Shown: one piece after another, positions 57,395 through 64,000 of the stretch | Layout: each line of letters opens with the position of its first letter | How positions within the stretch are numbered: position 1 is the stretch's first letter | Assembly: GCA_013239625.1 (NCBI GenBank) | Contig: MU054925.1 | Coordinates: 310,001-374,000 of the forward strand | From: Lama guanicoe | Taxonomy: Eukaryota | DNA: 64,000 nt | Reading direction: 5' to 3' | Notes under the pieces: model-generated | The model's database searches: none | The model's input: only the letters and a program-made list of their open reading frames with translations | What the model was told of the DNA's origin: nothing | Made by a program: the position numbers and the translations under genes

Positions 57395-60300
57395 CTAGCT
57401 GGGGGCCTCACCCAGCACTGGGAATTCTTTGCACATCTCTCGGACAATCATGCGGTCCATCTGGCACTGGGGTGAGGTGTCCTCCTCAGTTAGGATGCGT
57501 CGCAGTGTGGCCTGCAGGTCAGGGAGCCGATGGCGGTGCTGCAGGTAGGGCGTGGAGCGGACCACAGCGTGCATCAGGGAGAGGTACTCCATGCGCAGCT
57601 GCGGGAAGAGCAGGCAAGCTCAGGGACCCCAGGGAGGCACTGCGACTGCTGTCAGACACGGAGAGGCCACTGCTGCCTCCTGGCAGCCACATGGATCCAG
57701 GGCTGTGGACTATCTCACACCACTGAACATCAGGATTGCATCCCCGGCACCCAGAATGTACCCAGCACAGAAATGGCCTTTGATAGTCGTTGAATAAGTA
57801 AGTGAATATGTGAATCATCTCAGACACACAGTCCCAGAATAGGGCCGGCCCAGGAAGTCCTGGCTCAGAGAGGTGGTGAGGGGAAGCAGCGAGCCCCCAC
57901 CCCACCTTTAATGCTGGGCTCTCGTGGGGCTGCTGTCTGTCTGTCCGAGGCCCTCCACTTCTTAGTCTGTCCTCACAGCCTGGAAAATCTGGTTTACGCT
58001 CACAGCTTCAAATTCTGACCAACACTCATACCTCTTGCCTAGGCTCTCCAGTGAGCTCTAGACCTAAATATCCGTCTGCCCACTTGTTATCTGCTTATCA
58101 CAGAGAGACCTCATGATCTTCCTCGTCTTCCCAAAGCTGAGGGCCTTTTCAGGTTCTTTATGTTAATGAAGAGCACTGCTATCCTTTCAAATGCTCGAGC
58201 CAAAACTGTAGGCATCCTCTCTGATTCCTCTCTCCCCACAACCCAAATCCAGTCCATCCCTGAGACCTGGCTGTCTTAACTTCTGCAGGTGCCCTGAATC
58301 CATCTCCACCCCACCCACTCTCCCAGCACTTCTGGCTTTACCAGCTCCTTATCCTGAGACCCCCCCACCCCGTCCACTGATCTGGATCACCATCTCTCAT
58401 TTCTCTCTTTACCTCTGATTAGAGGAATGAATATCAAAACCACCTGAAGGCAGCATCACCCTGCTACCTCCCAACCCTGGTCAAATGAAAAAGCACCTGC
58501 AAATCTAATCCTAGTATCTAAGCGGCAGACAACTACAGGGCCGTGCACAGGCAGGAATGCCATTCCCCACCACAGATCTCACCGCCTGGACTCCCACCAC
58601 TTTTCTCTGGCACGTTCACTCCTCCTTGAAGGACCACTTGAACCATTTGAAGGACCACTTGAAGGACCTCATTGAAGGACCACCTTCTCTGTTTTCCCAA
58701 CCTCAACTGCCTGGTCAGCTGGCCTTGTGCTTCATGGAGGAAACAAGCAGTCTTCAGACACCACTGGTCTTCCCCTTTGCACCCACCTCACGCATTCCCA
58801 CCGAATGAGCTGCCCCAGCTCCGGTCAGGGCCATCCCTCCACGGGGTCTGGATCCTCCCCGCTCCCGCTGCCTGATCTATTTGACTTCTGCTTGACCCCT
58901 GTAGTGGCCACTCTCCCAACACATTAGTCAGTCCTCCCCATTTGCTGGGTCATTTCTTGTGGCTGAGACGTGCACCAGCATCTCTCACCTTTAAAACATT
59001 TTCCCTGACCCCACAGCTCCCTCCAGTGACTCCCTCCACTTTTTTCTGCTCCCCTTCACTGCTCCCACTTGCCCCCTTTCACTCCCCTCCAAGTTCAAAT
59101 CCTCTCTTCAACTTTCCACACAGACTCTCTTCCCTCCACTCCACTGACATTGCTTGCTGGTCACCCCCGACCTCCGTGTGGCAAATCCAGGGCTCATCCC
59201 CCCCTGCCTCTAATCACATGGCTTTGGGCTCTAGCTCTCCTGGTTTTCCTCCTGAGTGTCTCCCTACTTGCCTCAACTCTGCCCCAGGCTGAGGCCTGAG
59301 CTTACTTCTGACCCCTCCATCTCACACCCAAGGTGACCTCACTGTCACAGTTTTTCCATCACCTCTATGCACAGGCAACTCCAAGTGTCTCTTTCCAGTC
59401 CCAGCCCACACCCCACTTCCTCCCTGACGTCCTCCGTACCTGGATGTCCAGCAGGTAGCTTCTCAACCTTGACACATCTAAACACAACTTTATTTTTCTC
59501 CCCAAAGTTCTGCCCCACCTCAGCAATCAGCACTTCATCTACCCAATCACTCCAGACTAACCCAGCAGTGAGCCCTGCCAGCCCACTTCTAACACACGTG
59601 ACCTCCCCTCCCACCCCATCCATGCCACTTGGACAGCTACGGCTGGGTCCTAGCCAGCATCCCACTTCCACTGTGATCCCTCAGAGTCTCCGTTCCATTC
59701 GGAATGCTAATCAGATCACTTCCCCTGCCTCTGAGTCGGGGTGACAACCTCCCACTGCAGCCTCCAAGGCTTGGTGTCAATGCCACTTCCTCTTCTTGTG
59801 TCCCTCCATTCCTGCTTCCTCCAGACAGCCCCCCATCACATGATGGCAGACTCCTCTGGACCTTGGCACTCCTGTCACGGTTTCCAAGCGGCCACCCACA
59901 CTCACCTGGCTCCAGCAGTGCCCCTCACCTGTGGGACATGCCTTCAGTGTCACGTCCCCCCATTTTGTCACCGTTTTCACCTAGCTACCATCCCCTCGGC
60001 AGCAGCCTCCAGGCACCTTGTCTCCAGGCGACAGGTCGGCGATGTGACGCACGGTGATGTCGATGAGCGCCATCATGTCCGTGTGGTAGAAGATAGCAGC
60101 CGTGGCAGGGCTGGCGAACACGTCCTGCAGGAACTTCAGGATGGAGTGTGGCGGCTGTGGCTCATGTTTGAAGATGCGCACGGGGTCGTCTGGAAGGCAG
60201 GGGCAGGAGGGGTCAGGGAGGCCCTAGAGGGGGGCCCAGAGTCACTCCGGGGAGTGATGGGGGCCGTGGAGTCACAGGACACTGAAGTGGCGCTGCACAG

Positions 60301-63300
60301 ATTCCTGGGCTCACCTCCTCTGTTCAGGAGCAACAGCAGCTTCTCGGAGAAGATCTTGACGTTGGCGTGTTTGCTCAGGGCGGCCATGATGACGTTCTGG
60401 TCAGGGGCTGAGGGAGGACATGGGTGTAGACGAGAGCACAGGTGCTAAGCCTGGGGAGCGCCCTCTTCCTGGCGGGTCAGCCACCCTGGCTGGGCCCCGC
60501 CCCCACCTGGCAGGTGCAAGTTGAGAGCCAGAAGTAGGTTCATGCAGAGATCCGGCAGCTGCTCCGTGGTGTCCAGAGGCAGCCCATCCTCGACGATGTT
60601 CAGCAGGAACTGGGCAAAGGGTGTGCCCAGGTGCTCTGGGAGGGGGGCACACAGAAGCTGGCAGCCCTGCCCCACCCTCGACACCGCCCAGCCTCCCGGG
60701 GTTCCTGTGAGCCCTGGGGACGCTCTGTCAGATTATGGTCAGTGGGTCACCAGCCCCTCAGGCCACGGCTCCCATCTCCAGCTGGCTGTGGGCTCCCTGT
60801 GGTCAGCTGCTCTGCCTTCTTACCATAGTGTGCATAGGGCACTGCCTCCCCCATGGAGAAGACCATGGCCAGGATGAGGGCGGAGTAACAGAGTTTCTGG
60901 TGGTCTGTGGGGGAGCAAAGCAGGTGGTTAGAGCCCCCCCAGATGGTGGGAAAGCCCCCAGCTGGCAGGAAGCTCCCCCAGTCTCACCCTGTGTGTCTGT
61001 CTGCATGTCCCGTGCCAGCTCCACGGGCAGCACAGATGACACGAGTGTGGAGATGATGGCTGCGTCCAGGCTGCACATGGCGCCAAAGCACTTGAGAAGC
61101 AGCAGCCGCAGGGACACCCGGTGCTCCTGGCAGGGGACCTTGTGTGCTCAGTGCCTGGAACTCCCACCTCTGCCCAGGTCCCTCCATGCCCCGATCCCCT
61201 CTGCCTCACACACACCATTTGGTAGTAGGCCACCAAGGCCAGGACAGACTCGAACTCGTTTCTCTTGCACATTTTCTTGCAAACTTCAGGGTCTGCGTCC
61301 GTCTGTGGGGAGGAGGATGCGCGATGGGTCACTCAGTGGCTACATGTGAGTGGGCAGAGGATGAGCAGGGGAGACTCCTTCACGCTGGGAAGGGAGGATG
61401 GGGCAGGGTGGGGGCTACCTGGGGGCCCCCACCCCGCACCAGAATGTGCAGCAGCTCCTCCAGGTAGCAGCGGATGACACTCTCGTCCTCATACAGGGCC
61501 CAGCTGCGCTGCTGGGCATCGTCCTTCCGCCGAGCCAGGTCTGCAAAGATCACCTCCAGCCGCTGCTGGTCATGGCAGACCTGCCCTGAGGGCAGGGCAG
61601 TGCTTAAGTCCTGCAGGGAGAGGGTGAGGCCTGACTCAGCGCACTTGCCCCCACCATCTCCAGCAGGCCCCGGAGGCCTGGAGCTCAACCCGGACCATGA
61701 GGTCTGGGAAGGGGCTCGGCCTCTCCCAGTCAGCATCCTCCCAGGTTCTCTTCCTTCCTCCTCACTGCTCCCCATCAAGCTCCCACAAAAGACCCGTTCC
61801 CACAGCTCAGCTCTCAACATCAAGGCTCCCGATGGCACCGGCCCAGTTCTCTACCCCCTCTCCAAGTAATTCCACCACCCTCAAGTCGTGATAACCTCCT
61901 GGGACGGGACTCTGCATAGGACACATCTGTGGGGTGTTTTCCAATTACTTGCCTCTTGTCCAGATCCGAATAAATGTCCTCCACGAGGAAGGCCATGGAC
62001 TCCGTCACTGCCTGAATGTGACTCAGACTCCACTCCCTGATTCTACACAGAGTGGAGCCCTGAGGAGGGACCTCTGGCCCATCTGGCCCCCACTGTGTGG
62101 ACTGGGCTCATACCCTCCCATCCTGATCCCTGACGAGTGACCCAACATCGACAAAGGACCCCACACACCCTATGATGTCCACACACCTCACTCACATCTG
62201 GGTCAGCCCTCTGGCCTCTGCCATAGCTCTTGAGACTCCACAGCCAAGGCCAGCAAAGCACTGCCCTCTCTCGTGTCCTATGTCCATTCCTTCCCTGCAG
62301 CCTGAGAGACCTCTTGGCCACCCACATCTGTCTCATCTGTCACCTGCCCCAGATCTCACCTCCTCCCACACTCCCTGCTCTCTCCCTGACTCCATGTTCC
62401 AGCCATGCTGGCCTTATTGCACTCCCTCCCATGAGCCAAGTTCGGTCCTGCCTCATGGCCCTCATCCTGGCTGAATCTCTGCCTGGAACGCTCTTCCTCC
62501 CTTTCTCCATCATATCCCCAGCACCCAGCACGATGAAGCTGAGAGCTGGAGCTCAACAATACCTGTCAGGTAAGGGCCAGACACAGTGTGAGGGTGGGGA
62601 TAGGGTGGGGGCAGCAGGGTGGGCTCAGGATGGGGAGGCCCCTGGCTCTGCTGCCCACCCTCACCTTGCCCTCTACCAGCGAGAGGAGGACCTGCTCCAT
62701 GACAGGTGAGCTGGCCGGCACGGAGGCCTGGATGTGACCCACCACGACACCAATGGCCACGCGGCACAGCTCGTGACTCAGGCCGGTGTTTCTCCGCACG
62801 AGCTCCATCAGCTCTGCCCCGATGGTCCTGGGCACGGCAGTCTCAGTCACGGCCTTCTCCTCTGTGGTCCCCAAGCTTAGCGCACCCAGGGCCTCCAGCT
62901 CATCGGGGGCCGAGGCTGTATCACCTGTCACCTCCTCTGTAGAGGGCTCAGGATTTGGCACCTTTGAGGGAGGGGGCTGAGCTTGGGACACAGTGGTGTG
63001 GGTGCCTCGGCGGGGCACAGGTGGGGGCGTGGGTGAGCAGCTGGGGCCTGGCTCAGATGAGCTGGAGCCGGTATAGAGCGTGTCAAGGGAGGTGCTGCTG
63101 ACAGAGGAGCCGCTGGACACAGAACTCCCCCCGGAGGGTGTGGTGTTGCGGCCGCCTGTGGGCAGAGAGCAGATGCTGTGCTGGAACTGTTTCTTGGGGT
63201 CCCCCACCCTCCAAGCCCAGAGCCCCTGACCCCCGTACAGGGCCCAGTTCCCCTGCCAGACCCTCCCCACCAAGCCCAGAGCCCCCAGTTGCCCCGTCAT

Positions 63301-63861
63301 GTGCCCTGTCTTCCCCCAAAGCCTGGACCTGACACAGGCACAGCAACCATTCCGAGCACAGGGTGACTCCCAATTCCCCCAACCCCGGCTTCTCACCGCT
63401 CCCCAAGGCCACCAGGGCCTCACGGTCTCGGCGCTTCACAGGTGGGGGTGGGGTGGCGGGTGCTGCTCGGCGAGGCTGTGGCGGGATCTGGGAGGATGGA
63501 AGTGGGGTCTGAGGGGACAGGCTGCCATCCAGGGTGCAGCGTGGCAAGGGCCCAGAGCTCTGGGCTGCATCACTGACCCAAGTGAACCCTTCGAGCCTCT
63601 GGACAAAGCCTTAAGCCCCACGCACTTCCCTTCCCCAGGATGTTCTCATCAAGTACCTGGTAGAGGCCTCCATCAGCCCCAAGATACTCAGAACTGGGCA
63701 GGCTGTGCTGCCGCTCGAACCCGGCTCGACACACCCCATTGGGCTGCCTGGCAGCAGCAGCATCCAGGTGGTGGTCACTGGTGGATGAGGTCATGGCTGC
63801 AGGGCTGGGGGCTGAAGGGCCTCTGCGAGACAGGGTCTCTTTTCGGTGGTGGATCAGCTTT
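57395..63861 (-). CDS. NCKIPSD: NCK-interacting protein with SH3 domain (SPIN90/WISH), exons 3-13; 5' exons beyond the window
   Basis: Exons 63657-63861, 63397-63508, 62665-63155, 61440-61610, 61216-61302, 60988-61126, 60824-60904, 60507-60635, 60315-60407, 60017-60189, 57395-57598; all GT-AG. Peptides [47 protein letters not shown] and [21 protein letters not shown]. Confidence 0.97.
57950..59950 (+). mobile_element. Decayed L2-like fragments in NCKIPSD intron 12
   Basis: Pyrimidine-rich L2-like phrases (ctccagtgagctctagacctaaatatcc, tggatgtccagcaggtagcttctcaac); boundaries uncertain. Confidence 0.45.
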
Positions 63862-64000
63862 CTGACAGAGGGACAGCGAGATTATTAGGGGATCTACCTC
63901 ATAACTCCCAAAGTCCTCACATGCTCCAGGGGGATGCTGCCCACCCTAGCCCAAGCTCCACTCCCATGCTCCACCCGGCTCTGCACTACCAATTCTGCAC

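Overview
Mammalian genomic DNA, most likely a camelid (inferred from three copies of a tRNA-derived SINE of the vic-1 type). It is the conserved block corresponding to human 3p21.31. All five genes lie on the minus strand: UQCRC1 (exons 1-5, 3' part off-window), TMEM89 (2 exons), SLC26A6 (21 exons), CELSR3 (35 exons plus a 15-nt microexon) and NCKIPSD (exons 3-13, 5' part off-window). Exon boundaries were read by hand from splice dinucleotides, and the summed lengths keep frame (SLC26A6 762 aa, CELSR3 3313 aa, TMEM89 156 aa). Non-coding DNA holds L1, L2, MIR, MLT1, Tigger1, a Zaphod-like hAT remnant, camelid SINEs and a young ERV solo LTR. No new protein-coding system is supported. The best leads are regulatory: (1) an array of pyrimidine-YAG|GTRAG splice-site-like units in SLC26A6 intron 1; (2) six miR-30 seed / forkhead motifs in the CELSR3 3'UTR, just upstream of the SLC26A6 promoter; (3) a CELSR3 leader with stacked uORFs, an RE1 element and a perfect 149-bp tandem duplication; (4) a CELSR3 microexon flanked by repeat arrays; (5) a poly(A) signal inside the TMEM89 coding sequence; (6) a GC-AG intron in SLC26A6. 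All comparisons to human are from memory and were not searched.
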